Below are positions 19,181 to 29,463 of a stretch of 64,000 nt of DNA, one piece after another. Where the stretch lies: the NCBI GenBank assembly GCA_008638205.1, contig VTPO01000002.1, forward strand, positions 19,802 through 83,801, read 5' to 3'. Within the stretch, counting starts at the first letter, position 1. Each line of letters opens with the position of its first letter. Source of the DNA: Pelagibacteraceae bacterium. Its GTDB lineage: Bacteria > Pseudomonadota > Alphaproteobacteria > Pelagibacterales > Pelagibacteraceae. Below the pieces are notes generated by a model, which was given only the letters and a program-made list of their open reading frames with translations, made no database searches and had not been told where the DNA came from. A program made the position numbers and the translations under genes.

Positions 19181-20269
19181 TTAAGCTAAATCTATAAAAA
19201 AAGCTTTATTATCAATCACTTGAAAGATATTTTTCTTGGTTCCGGTGTACCATGCTTGGGTCTCAAATTTAGCAACTTCTATAAAAAAATTCTCCATATT
19301 CTTTTCGTCTATATGTGAAGAAATTTCATCAAATAACAAAATAAACTGGATATTCCTTTGTTTGTACATCCAGCCAAACGCCAAAATTATACTTAATAAA
19401 ATTGATTTTTGTTCGCCTGTTGAACAAAGTTCTGAATTTAGATTTTTTGTACAGTTAAAAAAAGTTACCTTGTCCGTATTAGGGCTGAAAGTATTTCTTT
19501 TAATTGAGGCATCTAAACTTCTATTGTTAAAGAAAATTTTTTCTATCTCCGCAATACATTCTTTTTGATCAGGAAGATATTTTTCTAATTCATTGAATAT
19601 GTTTATTTTGAAGCTACTAAATAACTTTAACTTCTTCTCAGCCAATAAATTTATGTCTTTAATTTGTTTTCTTCTCTCGATAAGAATTAAGTAAAAGAGG
19701 GTAGCCATTTTATTTTCTACAATAGAGATCCATTTAGTATCATGACTATTTATTAAAAGAGCAATTCGTTCTTCTGATAGTTTTTTAAAATCTGATAAAT
19801 ACTTACTAAAGTCTTGGTTTAGATTTGAAATAATTTTATCAATAAATTTTTTTTTAATACTTCCTTCCTCATACATAATTTTGTCCATGTGAGGAGAAAG
19901 CCAAATAAAATTAACCAAATTAGCAATTTGCAAGTTAGAGCTTTTTTTACTATCAATAAAAAAATTTTTGTTAATCTGATCATCTTGTTTATAAATTTTA
20001 TAGGATATGTTAGTAGAGTAATTGCTTTGCTTTAACTGGCACTCTGCTTGAGCGAATTCGCTTTGAATGTTATTTTGTTTTTGTAAAAAATTTTCCAGTT
20101 TATTGACCCTCATTCCCTTAGAGTTAGAAAAGAAGGATAAAGATTCTAGTAGATTGGTTTTTCCAATTCCATTATTCCCGTGAATAACAACATTGTTGCT
20201 AGGAATTTTTTTTTGAAAAAATGTGTGGGACTTAAAATTTTGTAATTTAATTTTTTCAATAAAAGCCAT
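19181..20269 (-). CDS. recF: DNA replication/repair protein RecF
   Basis: Walker A GNNGIGKTN, STGEQK and LLFDE motifs; position between dnaN and gyrB. Confidence 0.88.
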   Translation of the reverse strand: MAFIEKIKLQNFKSHTFFQKKIPSNNVVIHGNNGIGKTNLLESLSFFSNSKGMRVNKLENFLQKQNNIQSEFAQAECQLKQSNYSTNISYKIYKQDDQINKNFFIDSKKSSNLQIANLVNFIWLSPHMDKIMYEEGSIKKKFIDKIISNLNQDFSKYLSDFKKLSEERIALLINSHDTKWISIVENKMATLFYLILIERRKQIKDINLLAEKKLKLFSSFKINIFNELEKYLPDQKECIAEIEKIFFNNRSLDASIKRNTFSPNTDKVTFFNCTKNLNSELCSTGEQKSILLSIILAFGWMYKQRNIQFILLFDEISSHIDEKNMENFFIEVAKFETQAWYTGTKKNIFQVIDNKAFFIDLA

Positions 20270-20275
20270 TGAGCA

Positions 20276-21391
20276 TTAGACAACTCTCATGGGCATAACA
20301 ACATATGTGCTATCTGGGTCTTTTTGGTCTTTGATAATAATGGGTGAAGTTGCATCTTTTGGCTTTAGCGTAATATTAACATCTTGAATACAATTGGCAA
20401 TGTCCATTAAATATCCAGAGTTAAAGCCTATTTCTAAATTATCCCCTTCATAGACGGCACTGATTTCTTCTATTCCTTCTCCTGAAGAAGTATCATTTAT
20501 AAAAAACCTAATCTTATTATTTTCAATATTAATTTTGATCACTCCTTTTCTGTCTGCTGATAAAGACTTTATTCGGTCAACAGCACTTATAAAATCGACT
20601 ACATTAGCTAGAACTTCTTTCCTAGTATCGCTAGGTATGACCTTCTCATAGTCTGGAAATTTTCCGTCAATAACCTTGGAAATAAGGACAATATCTTTAA
20701 TAATAAACTTAATTTTAGATCGGACAGACAAAATTTTTATTGGCGTGTCCGGTTCGTCACTGATTATATTGATAATTTCAAATATAGTTTTTTTTGGAAG
20801 AATAACTGGATGAAATTTTTTATCTTCTTCTACGGTAATTTGTGTTTTGCTCAAACGATGACCATCCGTAGCAACTGCAATTAATTTAGAGCTATCCTCT
20901 TCTGTTTTGTGTAAATAAATTCCATTTAAATAATGTCTAGTCTCATCGTTAGAAATTGAGAATTTAGTTTTATTTAATAACTTTAATAAGTATTTGGATT
21001 TAACTTCCAAGTAATCACTTTCAATTGAATCTTCTAAGATTGGAAATTCACTTGCGGGCAAGCATGTTAAATTAAAATCTGATTTTCCTGAAGTTAACTT
21101 AAGTCTTTTATCGTTTTGCAAATTTAAATGGATGCTTGACCCAGCTGGAAGTTTTCTTATTAAATCATATAGTACTTGAGATGTGGTGGTGGTTGATCCC
21201 TCTTTGATTACCTCAGCATCAATTTTTTCTGTTATAATAATATCTAGGTCGGTTGCAGAAATTTGTATTTTACTATCGAACGCTTCTATCAATACATTGG
21301 CAAGGATCGGAAGGGTATTTTTCTTCTCTACCACTCCCTGGATGTGATTTAAGCACTTTAAAATAACATCTCTATCTATTTTAATTTCCAT
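20276..21391 (-). CDS. dnaN: DNA polymerase III beta clamp
   Basis: ATDLD, DETRHYLNG, ATDGHRL, IDGKFPDY and C-terminal VVMPMR. Confidence 0.97.
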   Translation of the reverse strand: MEIKIDRDVILKCLNHIQGVVEKKNTLPILANVLIEAFDSKIQISATDLDIIITEKIDAEVIKEGSTTTTSQVLYDLIRKLPAGSSIHLNLQNDKRLKLTSGKSDFNLTCLPASEFPILEDSIESDYLEVKSKYLLKLLNKTKFSISNDETRHYLNGIYLHKTEEDSSKLIAVATDGHRLSKTQITVEEDKKFHPVILPKKTIFEIINIISDEPDTPIKILSVRSKIKFIIKDIVLISKVIDGKFPDYEKVIPSDTRKEVLANVVDFISAVDRIKSLSADRKGVIKINIENNKIRFFINDTSSGEGIEEISAVYEGDNLEIGFNSGYLMDIANCIQDVNITLKPKDATSPIIIKDQKDPDSTYVVMPMRVV

Positions 21392-22789
21392 TTAATTATT
21401 TTTTAAAATTTTATTACTAATATCCTGGACCTCATATTCAAATTTTTTATCCGCATTCATAAGTTCTTCTATTTTCTTAATCGCATGAATAACTGTTGTA
21501 TGATCCCTACCAGTAAACTTTCTTCCTATCTCAGGTAATGACTTGGTAGTGAGTTTTTTTGCCAAATACATAGCGACTTGTCTGGGTCTAGCAATGTGTC
21601 TGGATCTTCTCGATGATAAAAAATCTGCCATGGGTAAATTATAATAGTGCACAACTAATTTTTGAATGTCTTCAATTGTTACCACTGACTGCATATTGCT
21701 AAGTAAATCTTTTAATATAAGCCTAGCATCTTGAAGGGTTGGAACTTTGTTTTGGATTCTTGAGGATGCGATAATTCTATTTAGAACTCCCAACATATCT
21801 CTAATACTTGACTTGAATTCGTTTGCTATAAAACTTAAGATTTCATCACTAATTAGAACTTCTTTACCAAAATATGTTTCTTCAGTTTTGCATCTGTTTT
21901 TTAAAATTTGCAATCTCAATGCTATATCAGGAGGCTGAATATCAACAACCAAACCTCCGGATAGTCTTGACTTAATTCTATCTTGAATCCTATCAAGGTC
22001 ATTTGGAGATCTGTCACACGAAACAATGACCTGCGACTGGTTCTCTACTAAGCTATTAAAAGTATAGAAGAATTCTTCTTGGGTTACTTCTTTGCCACTA
22101 ATAAATTGAATATCATCTAAGATCAAAACATCTGCATTTCTAAAAACATCTTTAAATTTCTGAGTATCTTTATTTTTAATAGCCTTAACAAATTGATACA
22201 TAAATCGCTCTGCTGACAAATAGATAATTTTTTTATCTGTTTTCTTAAGTTCATTGCCTATGGCATTCAATATGTGTGTTTTTCCTAGTCCAACCGATCC
22301 ATAAATGAACAGAGGGTTATAATGGCCCAATGATTCAGAAACCCTTTTGGCAGCTGAAAAGGCTAATTGGTTACTTTCACCAACCACATAGTTAGAAAAG
22401 GTTAATCTATGATCTATTCTATTAGAAGCATAACTTGAATCTTTATTGTCTAGTACTTGCGTTCCAGTTTCAAAATCTACTACATTTGTTGGTGTCTTTT
22501 TGTCTCCATAAAAGCTTTCGTGAATTTCAAACTGAATTCTAGTAACAGAGCTATCCAATTTTTGAAAAAAATCTAAAATTTTATCTGCGTAATGAGAGAC
22601 GATCCAATCTCTAATAAATCTTGTTTTCACTATTAGTGTAAGTGAATTGAGCTTTACTTCTTTTGCCTCAACATTCTGGATCCAACTTTTAAAAACGTCT
22701 AAACCATAAATTTCTTTTAATTTATTTTGAACATCAGACCAATTTTTTTTAAAGTCGTTGTTGTCTTGCAGTGCTGAGGTGTTTTTCAT
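21392..22789 (-). CDS. dnaA: Chromosomal replication initiator DnaA
   Basis: YNPLFIYGSVGLGKTH, LDDIQF and GRDHTTVIHA. Likely start ATG 22789 (MKNTS); the ORF track extends to 22834. Confidence 0.97.
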   Translation of the reverse strand: MKNTSALQDNNDFKKNWSDVQNKLKEIYGLDVFKSWIQNVEAKEVKLNSLTLIVKTRFIRDWIVSHYADKILDFFQKLDSSVTRIQFEIHESFYGDKKTPTNVVDFETGTQVLDNKDSSYASNRIDHRLTFSNYVVGESNQLAFSAAKRVSESLGHYNPLFIYGSVGLGKTHILNAIGNELKKTDKKIIYLSAERFMYQFVKAIKNKDTQKFKDVFRNADVLILDDIQFISGKEVTQEEFFYTFNSLVENQSQVIVSCDRSPNDLDRIQDRIKSRLSGGLVVDIQPPDIALRLQILKNRCKTEETYFGKEVLISDEILSFIANEFKSSIRDMLGVLNRIIASSRIQNKVPTLQDARLILKDLLSNMQSVVTIEDIQKLVVHYYNLPMADFLSSRRSRHIARPRQVAMYLAKKLTTKSLPEIGRKFTGRDHTTVIHAIKKIEELMNADKKFEYEVQDISNKILKNN

Positions 22790-22864
22790 ATTTTTTAAAG
22801 AGAGCTGTTGTATATGATGACGATAATAGTGCAAGAATTTTTTTAATTAAATAAAAAAAATAAT

Positions 22865-23016
22865 TTTCACTCATAAAGTGAAATTAAAAAAATAATTTTT
22901 AAATCAACCAGTGCTTGTTTCAAAAAAATTCAAAACAACTTTGAATTGTTATAAGGATGGTCTGTTTTTTTTATTTAAAAAACGCATAGGTCTAGTGTTC
23001 TTTGGAATACCACTAG
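22865..23016. repeat. Three inverted repeats in the rpsT-dnaA intergenic region
   Basis: TTTCACT-N5-AGTGAAA (22865-22883), AATTCAAA-N5-TTTGAATT (22927-22947) and CTAGTG...CACTAG with an inner stem (22992-23016). Confidence 0.6.
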
Positions 23017-23039
23017 TAGATAAGGTAAAATTTTTAATA

Positions 23040-23306
23040 CTACTTTTTAATCGTAGAAATTTTTTTAGATATTCTTGAGATTTTTCTTGACGCAGTTTTT
23101 CTTTTTATAGATCCTTTTTTAGAAACCTTCATCAACTGAGACTGGAAGGTAGAAAAAAATTTATCAATTTTGGCTTTATCTCCGCTTTTAATTAGTTCTT
23201 CCATCTGAGTAATGGCACCTTTATATTTTCCAATGCGCACTCTATTAATTGCGGTTTTTTTCTTAATTACTTTAGTTTTTTTCTTTGCAGATTTTGTATT
23301 AGCCAT
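23040..23306 (-). CDS. rpsT: 30S ribosomal protein S20
   Basis: MANTKSAKK start, basic 88-aa protein ending ASRKISR; mutM-rpsT-dnaA synteny. Confidence 0.95.
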   Translation of the reverse strand: MANTKSAKKKTKVIKKKTAINRVRIGKYKGAITQMEELIKSGDKAKIDKFFSTFQSQLMKVSKKGSIKRKTASRKISRISKKISTIKK

Positions 23307-23317
23307 AAACGCCGCAA

Positions 23318-23346
23318 GGTATATAGCGCCCTTGATATATGGTCAA
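23318..23346 (-). promoter_or_regulatory. Putative sigma70 promoter of rpsT
   Basis: TTGACC-17 nt-TATACC, ending 11 nt upstream of the ATG. Confidence 0.55.
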
Positions 23347-23349
23347 CTA

Positions 23350-24210
23350 CTATTCTGCCTGACACTTTGTACAAAAAAAAGTTGCTCTACTGCTTATTAC
23401 GGATCTTTGGATCGTCCCGTTGCAACTGCTCCTTGGACATCCCTGACCCTCCTTACCATAAACCTTGAAAAAGTTTTGAAATTGCCCAGATTTCCCCTCC
23501 GAGTTGTGAAAATCTTTTATAGTAGAGCCTCCAAAAACAATAGATTTTTTTAGAATTTTTTTAATAGATTTGATCAATAAAATGATTTCGTTGTCTTTTA
23601 TTTTAAAAGACATTCTTCCAGGACTTATTTTGGATATAAAAAGTGCTTCATTTACATAAATATTTCCTAAGCCACAAATAAAAGATTGATCCATTAGAGT
23701 GTTTTTAATTGATTTTTTAAATCCCTTTATTCTTTCTTTAAAATAACAAAAATTTAAACTTTTAGAAAGAGGCTCTACTCCTAAATGAATAAGGTGAGAA
23801 GATTTCAAAAACTCTTCCTCTGTATAAAACTTAATAAAGCCAAACCTTCTTGTATCATTATAAATCATGACATATTTTTTAAAAAAAAAGTATAAATGGT
23901 TATGTTTATTAATAGATGAATTGGAGGAATAAAAACTAGTATCTAGTAATGTGTTATTTTTACCTACCAGTATTCTTCCTGTCATTCCAAGATGAATAAT
24001 AAAGAAAGTTTTGTCTGAAAGGTGGAAAATTAGGTATTTAGACCGTCTTGTTATTTTTTTTATTTTTTTTTTAATAACTTTTTTTCTAAAATTTTTATTT
24101 ATTTTATATCTAAGGTTATAATTTTTTATTTTTACATCTGTGATATATTGATCTTGTACATATTTCTGTAGTGTTTTTTTGGTGATTTCTACCTCTGGCA
24201 ATTCAGGCAT
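23350..24210 (-). CDS. mutM: Formamidopyrimidine-DNA glycosylase
   Basis: MPELPEVE, HLGMTG, GLGNIY and a C-terminal Zn finger. Confidence 0.97.
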   Translation of the reverse strand: MPELPEVEITKKTLQKYVQDQYITDVKIKNYNLRYKINKNFRKKVIKKKIKKITRRSKYLIFHLSDKTFFIIHLGMTGRILVGKNNTLLDTSFYSSNSSINKHNHLYFFFKKYVMIYNDTRRFGFIKFYTEEEFLKSSHLIHLGVEPLSKSLNFCYFKERIKGFKKSIKNTLMDQSFICGLGNIYVNEALFISKISPGRMSFKIKDNEIILLIKSIKKILKKSIVFGGSTIKDFHNSEGKSGQFQNFFKVYGKEGQGCPRSSCNGTIQRSVISSRATFFCTKCQAE

Positions 24211-24262
24211 AAAAAATAAGCTACTATAAAATTATTAATGTTTTATATTTGTATATATTAAA

Positions 24263-24961
24263 ATGAAAACTTCAAAATTAAAAAAACAAATTGTAAAAAG
24301 TGTTTTTGATAAAGTTCATGATGAATATGATGTTATGAACGATGTGATGTCTCTTGGCTCTCACCGATTGTGGAAGAAAGAATTTGTTAAATTAATGAAT
24401 ATTCAAAAAAATGAAACTATACTAGATATGGCTTCTGGAACTGGCGATATCGCAAAACTCATTGCTAAAGATTCTAATTTTACAAAAATAATTAGAGTAG
24501 ATCCTAATTATTTAATGTTAAAGAAAGGCACTGATTCTTTTAGAGGTAATAAAAAAGTAAGTGAAATATGCTCTGCTGCAGAACAGGTTCCGCTTAAAAG
24601 TGAAAGTGTAGATATCTACGCCATCAGCTTTGGAATCAGAAACACGTTTGATACAGAGAAGGCTACGCAAGAAGCATACCGTTTATTAAAAAGGAGAGGT
24701 AAATTTATTTGCTTGGAATTCTACAAGGTAGAAAAGCCGATATTAAAAGAGCTATATAAGCTTTATTCTAAAATAATTCCCTCTGTTGGACAATTAATAG
24801 TTGGCGATAAGGGCCCATACGAATATCTTACTAGCAGTATTCAAAAATTTTATACTCAGGATCAATTTAAAGAAATGTTAAAACAATCTAAATTTAAGAA
24901 TGTAAATTATATTAATTTGATGGGTGGAATTGTTTCTATTCATACTGCCTGGAAAATTTAA
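24263..24961 (+). CDS. ubiE: Ubiquinone/menaquinone C-methyltransferase
   Basis: YDVMNDVMSLG, DMASGTGD, SFGIRN and YEYL motifs. Confidence 0.92.
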   Translation: MKTSKLKKQIVKSVFDKVHDEYDVMNDVMSLGSHRLWKKEFVKLMNIQKNETILDMASGTGDIAKLIAKDSNFTKIIRVDPNYLMLKKGTDSFRGNKKVSEICSAAEQVPLKSESVDIYAISFGIRNTFDTEKATQEAYRLLKRRGKFICLEFYKVEKPILKELYKLYSKIIPSVGQLIVGDKGPYEYLTSSIQKFYTQDQFKEMLKQSKFKNVNYINLMGGIVSIHTAWKI

Positions 24962-26530
24962 ATGCTTCAAAAACTATATAGCTTATTTAAAATTGGAAGA
25001 ACTTTAGCTAAAGCGGATGCCCTTGGCTATTTTGAAGAAATTTATGACCCCCCTCTATTAATTAAGATCTTATTCAAAGTATTGGGGTTTAGTTTAAATT
25101 CACCTAAACAAGATTTAAATATTCCTTCTAATGAGAAATTTGTAAATGCATTAAAAGGACTTGGTCCAACTTTCATAAAGCTTGGCCAGTTTTTAGGAAC
25201 ACGTCCTGATATTGTTGGTGAAACTTTAGCTAAAGATTTGCAAAAATTACAAGATCGAATGCCAGCATTCAGTCTTTCTATAGCCAAGGAAAGTTTAAGA
25301 ACAGAGTTGGGTGAAGAAACCTTTAAAAAGATCTCTAATATTTCAGAGCCTATTGCAGCCGCTTCAATAGCTCAAGTTCATTTTGCATCTATTAACAATA
25401 GTGAAAAGCAAGTGGCTATAAAAATTTTACGTCCTAATATTGAAAAGATTTTTAATAAAGAGTTAGAAGCATTGATGCTGCTTGCTTATTTGGTTGAAAG
25501 TTTTTTACCAAAAACTAGAAGGCTAAAACTTGTTGAGGTCATTCATCTTCTAAAAGAAATAACTAGTATAGAAATGGATTTAAGATTTGAGGCAGCAGCA
25601 GCTAATGAGCTAAAAAACAATACGAGTAACGACCCTTTTTTTAAAGTCCCCTCCATACATTGGGATTTTACTAGCAAAAGAGTGCTAACTTTAGAAAAAG
25701 TTGAAGGAATACCCCTTCGAGAAATTGAGAAAATTAACTCTACGCAAATTAATAAAAAAGAATTAGCCAAATCTGTTATTCAAAATTTTTTAAGGCAAGC
25801 TGTTGGTGATGGTTTTTTTCATGGTGATATGCACCAAGGAAATCTTTTTGTAGATTTGGACGGTAATATTATTCCGGTAGATTTTGGTATTATGGGAAGA
25901 CTAGATAAGGATAATAGAAAATATTTAGCCGATATCCTTTATGGCTTTATTGAGAGAGATTATGAAAAAGTTGCAGAAGTTCACTTTAAAGCAGGTTTAG
26001 TTCCTCAGAATGAATCAAAAGAATCTTTTTCTCAAGCTTTACGCTCCATTGGTGAACCAATTTTTGGCCAGTCTATAAAAAATATATCTGCTGGTAAGCT
26101 TTTGGCACAATTATTTGAAATAACTGAAAAATTTAACATGACCACACAACCACAATTGTTACTCCTACAAAAAAATATGGTTGTTGTAGAAGGTGTTGCA
26201 AGATCCTTGGATGATGATGCCAATATATGGGATATATCCAAACCTATTTTGGAGGGTTGGCTTACAAGAGAAAAAGGTCCCAAGGCTTCAATAGAACAAG
26301 CCATTCATACTACCAATGATATGGTGAGCAGGCTTCCTGAAATTCCTAAAATTATGGACCAGGCCACTAAGGCTTTAGAAGTTTTTATTTCACGTTCTGA
26401 TGTTAGCTCTTCTGACCCTACTATCGCCAAGAATTTAGAAGTAGAAAAAACAAAACTCAAAAATGAGAAAAATTTATTTATTATTAAAATATTAGTTGCT
26501 GTGGTGGTTGCTCTATTAATATTTAAATAA
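24962..26530 (+). CDS. ubiB: Ubiquinone biosynthesis kinase-like protein UbiB
   Basis: LGPTFIKLGQ, AAASIAQVH, FFHGDMHQGN and DFGIMG motifs. Confidence 0.95.
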   Translation: MLQKLYSLFKIGRTLAKADALGYFEEIYDPPLLIKILFKVLGFSLNSPKQDLNIPSNEKFVNALKGLGPTFIKLGQFLGTRPDIVGETLAKDLQKLQDRMPAFSLSIAKESLRTELGEETFKKISNISEPIAAASIAQVHFASINNSEKQVAIKILRPNIEKIFNKELEALMLLAYLVESFLPKTRRLKLVEVIHLLKEITSIEMDLRFEAAAANELKNNTSNDPFFKVPSIHWDFTSKRVLTLEKVEGIPLREIEKINSTQINKKELAKSVIQNFLRQAVGDGFFHGDMHQGNLFVDLDGNIIPVDFGIMGRLDKDNRKYLADILYGFIERDYEKVAEVHFKAGLVPQNESKESFSQALRSIGEPIFGQSIKNISAGKLLAQLFEITEKFNMTTQPQLLLLQKNMVVVEGVARSLDDDANIWDISKPILEGWLTREKGPKASIEQAIHTTNDMVSRLPEIPKIMDQATKALEVFISRSDVSSSDPTIAKNLEVEKTKLKNEKNLFIIKILVAVVVALLIFK

Positions 26531-26535
26531 CATCT

Positions 26536-27744
26536 ATGAAAAGTTTAGACAAAAAAAAAATACTACTTATTATTTCTGGAGGAATTTCAGCCTATAAGAC
26601 ATTAGATTTAATTAGAAATTTAAAAAAAAGAGAGTGTGAAATTAAAACAATATTAACAGAGTCTGCTAAGGAATTTGTTACAAGCTTATCTATTACATCT
26701 TTATCTCAGAATAAAGTTTATGAGAATCATTTTGACGTAAACAATGAACTAGAAATGGATCATATAGCGCTTTCTAGATGGTCAGATATTATATTAATAG
26801 CACCGACTACAGCTAACTTACTTTCTAGGCTTGCAAACGGATCGGCTGATGATTTTATTTCGACAGTAGTATCTGCTTCCAATAAGGATATTTTTTTAGT
26901 TCCAGCTATGAATGTTGAAATGTGGAACAAGCCAGCCACAAAAGAAAATATAAAAAAATTACATAACTATAATTACAAGTTTATTGGACCAGATAGTGGT
27001 GACCTTGCTTGTGGTGAGGTTGGTGAGGGCAAAATGTCTTCCATTAATGAAATTGAAAAAACTCTTGAACTTTATTTTATAAAAAAAAATAATAGCTTTA
27101 AAAACAAAAAAGTCCTTGTAACTGCCGGACCAACCAAAGAGTATATCGATCCTGTAAGATATATTTCTAATGAATCTTCTGGTAAGCAAGGTTACGAAAT
27201 TGCGAAGAAGCTTCTTGATGCAGGATTTGATACTACGCTAGTAACCGGACCGACTAATATAAATTATCCAAAAGAATTAAAGGTTATCAAAGTAATTACC
27301 GCTGAAGAAATGCTACAGGCTTGCCAAAAACTATTACCTGTAAACATTGCAATATGTGCTGCTGCTGTTGTTGATTTTTCACCAAAATATAAAAAAGAAA
27401 AAATTAAAAAAAACAACATTTCTAATCATGATTTAAGATTGTCAGAAAATATAGACATTCTTAAATTTCTTTCTAGTCAAAATGAGCATAGACCAGAATT
27501 AGTTATTGGCTTTTCAGCGGAAACTGAAAATGTATTGGAAAACTCTTTAAAAAAACTAGACAAAAAAAAATGCGATTGGATCATTGCTAACGACGTATCT
27601 GATAAATCTATAGGGTTTAATTCAGATAATAATGAGATAACTATAATTTATAAAAATAAAATGACAGAAAAAGTATCCAAAACATCAAAATCCGAAATAG
27701 CAAGTGAAGTGGTGACTCGAATTATAAAATCATTAGGACATTAA
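26536..27744 (+). CDS. coaBC: Phosphopantothenoylcysteine decarboxylase/ligase
   Basis: GGISAYK, PAMNVEMW, LACGEVGEG and TAGPTKEYIDPVRYISNESSGKQG. Confidence 0.95.
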   Translation: MKSLDKKKILLIISGGISAYKTLDLIRNLKKRECEIKTILTESAKEFVTSLSITSLSQNKVYENHFDVNNELEMDHIALSRWSDIILIAPTTANLLSRLANGSADDFISTVVSASNKDIFLVPAMNVEMWNKPATKENIKKLHNYNYKFIGPDSGDLACGEVGEGKMSSINEIEKTLELYFIKKNNSFKNKKVLVTAGPTKEYIDPVRYISNESSGKQGYEIAKKLLDAGFDTTLVTGPTNINYPKELKVIKVITAEEMLQACQKLLPVNIAICAAAVVDFSPKYKKEKIKKNNISNHDLRLSENIDILKFLSSQNEHRPELVIGFSAETENVLENSLKKLDKKKCDWIIANDVSDKSIGFNSDNNEITIIYKNKMTEKVSKTSKSEIASEVVTRIIKSLGH

Positions 27745-27745
27745 A

Positions 27746-28183
27746 ATGCATGAAATTTTAATTAAAAAATTACACAGTGACGTCAATATTCCAAAATATG
27801 AGACGGAGGGCTCTTCAGGACTTGACCTTGAGGCTTATATTGAAAAAGATCTGAGATTGTTATCAGGGGAAAGAAAATTAGTTCCTACAGGTGTTAGTGT
27901 GGCTATGCCTAATAATTTCGAAATTCAAATTCGTCCTAGATCGGGACTAGCTTATAAGAACGGAATATCAGTTGTAAACACACCCGGAACTATAGATTCT
28001 GACTACCGTGGTGAAATAAAAGTACTGCTAATTAATCTCGGAACTGAGACAGTCACTATTAAAAAATTTCAGAGAATAGCTCAAATGGTTATATGTCCTA
28101 TCATTAAAGCCAATTTAAAAGAGGTGCAGGAGCTTCCAGAAACAATAAGAGGTGCTGGTGGATTTGGCTCTACCGGTCAATAA
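27746..28183 (+). CDS. dut: dUTP diphosphatase
   Basis: RPRSGLA, NTPGTIDSDYRGE and RGAGGFGSTG. Confidence 0.97.
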   Translation: MHEILIKKLHSDVNIPKYETEGSSGLDLEAYIEKDLRLLSGERKLVPTGVSVAMPNNFEIQIRPRSGLAYKNGISVVNTPGTIDSDYRGEIKVLLINLGTETVTIKKFQRIAQMVICPIIKANLKEVQELPETIRGAGGFGSTGQ

Positions 28184-28184
28184 A

Positions 28185-28934
28185 GTGAGAATTACAAACG
28201 ATCAAATTAAACGATATTCTGGACAAATCAATTTAAAAAAAATTAGTATTACGGGTCAAAAGAAAATAATTGATAGTAAAATTTTAATTATTGGACTGGG
28301 TGGATTAGGAACTCCAGCACTGACCTATCTTGCAAGAAGTGGTGTTGGGTTTTTTGGAATAGCTGACCCTGACAAAGTTTCTATTTCCAATTTACATAGA
28401 CAGATACTTTATGATCAAAAAGACCTAAAGAAGTCTAAAGCAGAGGTAAGTAAAAAAAAAATATTATTAACCAACCCCAAAATAAAAATAAAAATATTCA
28501 AAAGTAAAATTACAAAAAATAATATTGATAAAATAGCAAAAGATTACGATGTTATTTTAGATGGGACAGATAGCTTTATAAGCAAATTAACCATTAGCGA
28601 TTATTGCAAAAAAAATAAGAAAATTTTAATCTGCTCAGCTATCAATAAATTTTTAGGACATTTATTTGTATTTAACTTTAAAGAAAAACAAAAAAAATCT
28701 CCTTGCTTAAGATGCTTTATGCCCAAAGCCCCAAGCAATGACAATAATGACTGTGAGTCGGAAGGAATCGTAGGCTCTATAGCGGGAGTAATGGGCGTAC
28801 TGATGTGCAATGAAACAATTAAAGAAATTTTAAATTTTAAAGAATCGTTATGTGGAAAAATCCTGATTATAGATTTAGAAAAAACAACTTTCAGAACTAT
28901 CAACTTGCACAAAAATTGTCCTAATCATCTGTAA
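28185..28934 (+). CDS. HesA/MoeB/ThiF-family adenylyltransferase
   Basis: GLGGLG, SNLHRQ, LDGTD and CLRC motifs. GTG start at 28185 follows the dut stop. Confidence 0.85.
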   Translation: MRITNDQIKRYSGQINLKKISITGQKKIIDSKILIIGLGGLGTPALTYLARSGVGFFGIADPDKVSISNLHRQILYDQKDLKKSKAEVSKKKILLTNPKIKIKIFKSKITKNNIDKIAKDYDVILDGTDSFISKLTISDYCKKNKKILICSAINKFLGHLFVFNFKEKQKKSPCLRCFMPKAPSNDNNDCESEGIVGSIAGVMGVLMCNETIKEILNFKESLCGKILIIDLEKTTFRTINLHKNCPNHL

Positions 28935-29404
28935 TGAGTATTAAAAATTATATAGCTTTTTTTTTATTTTTTATTTATGCAACTGAGACTTTTTCCGATA
29001 GTGATTTAAAATATTTGAGCTTGAAAAATAACAAGGTGAATGTGAGAATTGCTCCCTCAAGAACTGCTCCGATTAAATGGATTTACGAAAAGAAAAATTT
29101 TCCTGTTATAATTATTGACCAATATTACAATTGGCGAAAAATTAAAGATTTTGAAAATGATAGCGGGTGGGTGCACATTTCTCAACTATCTAGAAAAAGA
29201 TCTGTTTTATTTATTGAGGACGATGTATTAATATTTAAAAAACCAACTACCTATTCCCGCCCTATATATAAAATTGGAAAATTAGAAGTTGCATTAATAA
29301 AAGAGTGTTCTTTGAACTGGTGCAACGTCAAGAATAATCTTTTTTCAGGATGGGTTAAAAAAAATTCCTTATGGGGCTTAAATAAAAATGAGATTATGAA
29401 CTAG
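28934..29404 (+). CDS. Secreted SH3-domain protein (two bacterial SH3 repeats)
   Basis: Signal-like N-terminus; VNVRIAPS, NWRKIKD..SGWVH and CSLNWC..GWV repeats. Confidence 0.75.
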   Translation: MSIKNYIAFFLFFIYATETFSDSDLKYLSLKNNKVNVRIAPSRTAPIKWIYEKKNFPVIIIDQYYNWRKIKDFENDSGWVHISQLSRKRSVLFIEDDVLIFKKPTTYSRPIYKIGKLEVALIKECSLNWCNVKNNLFSGWVKKNSLWGLNKNEIMN

Positions 29405-29463
29405 TTTTATTTGTAAAAATTATTTATAAATAGCTATATAAAAAATTATTAAAAATTTCCAAC

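Noticed and set aside
22790-23039. Call as oriC
   Set aside because: There are no perfect DnaA boxes, and alphaproteobacterial origins are often not next to dnaA. Kept only as a structured-region finding.
24040-24110. Poly-A runs (up to A10) in mutM and other genes as phase-variation sites
   Set aside because: These runs are in frame and encode Lys tracts. Only the trmB A11 run breaks a gene.
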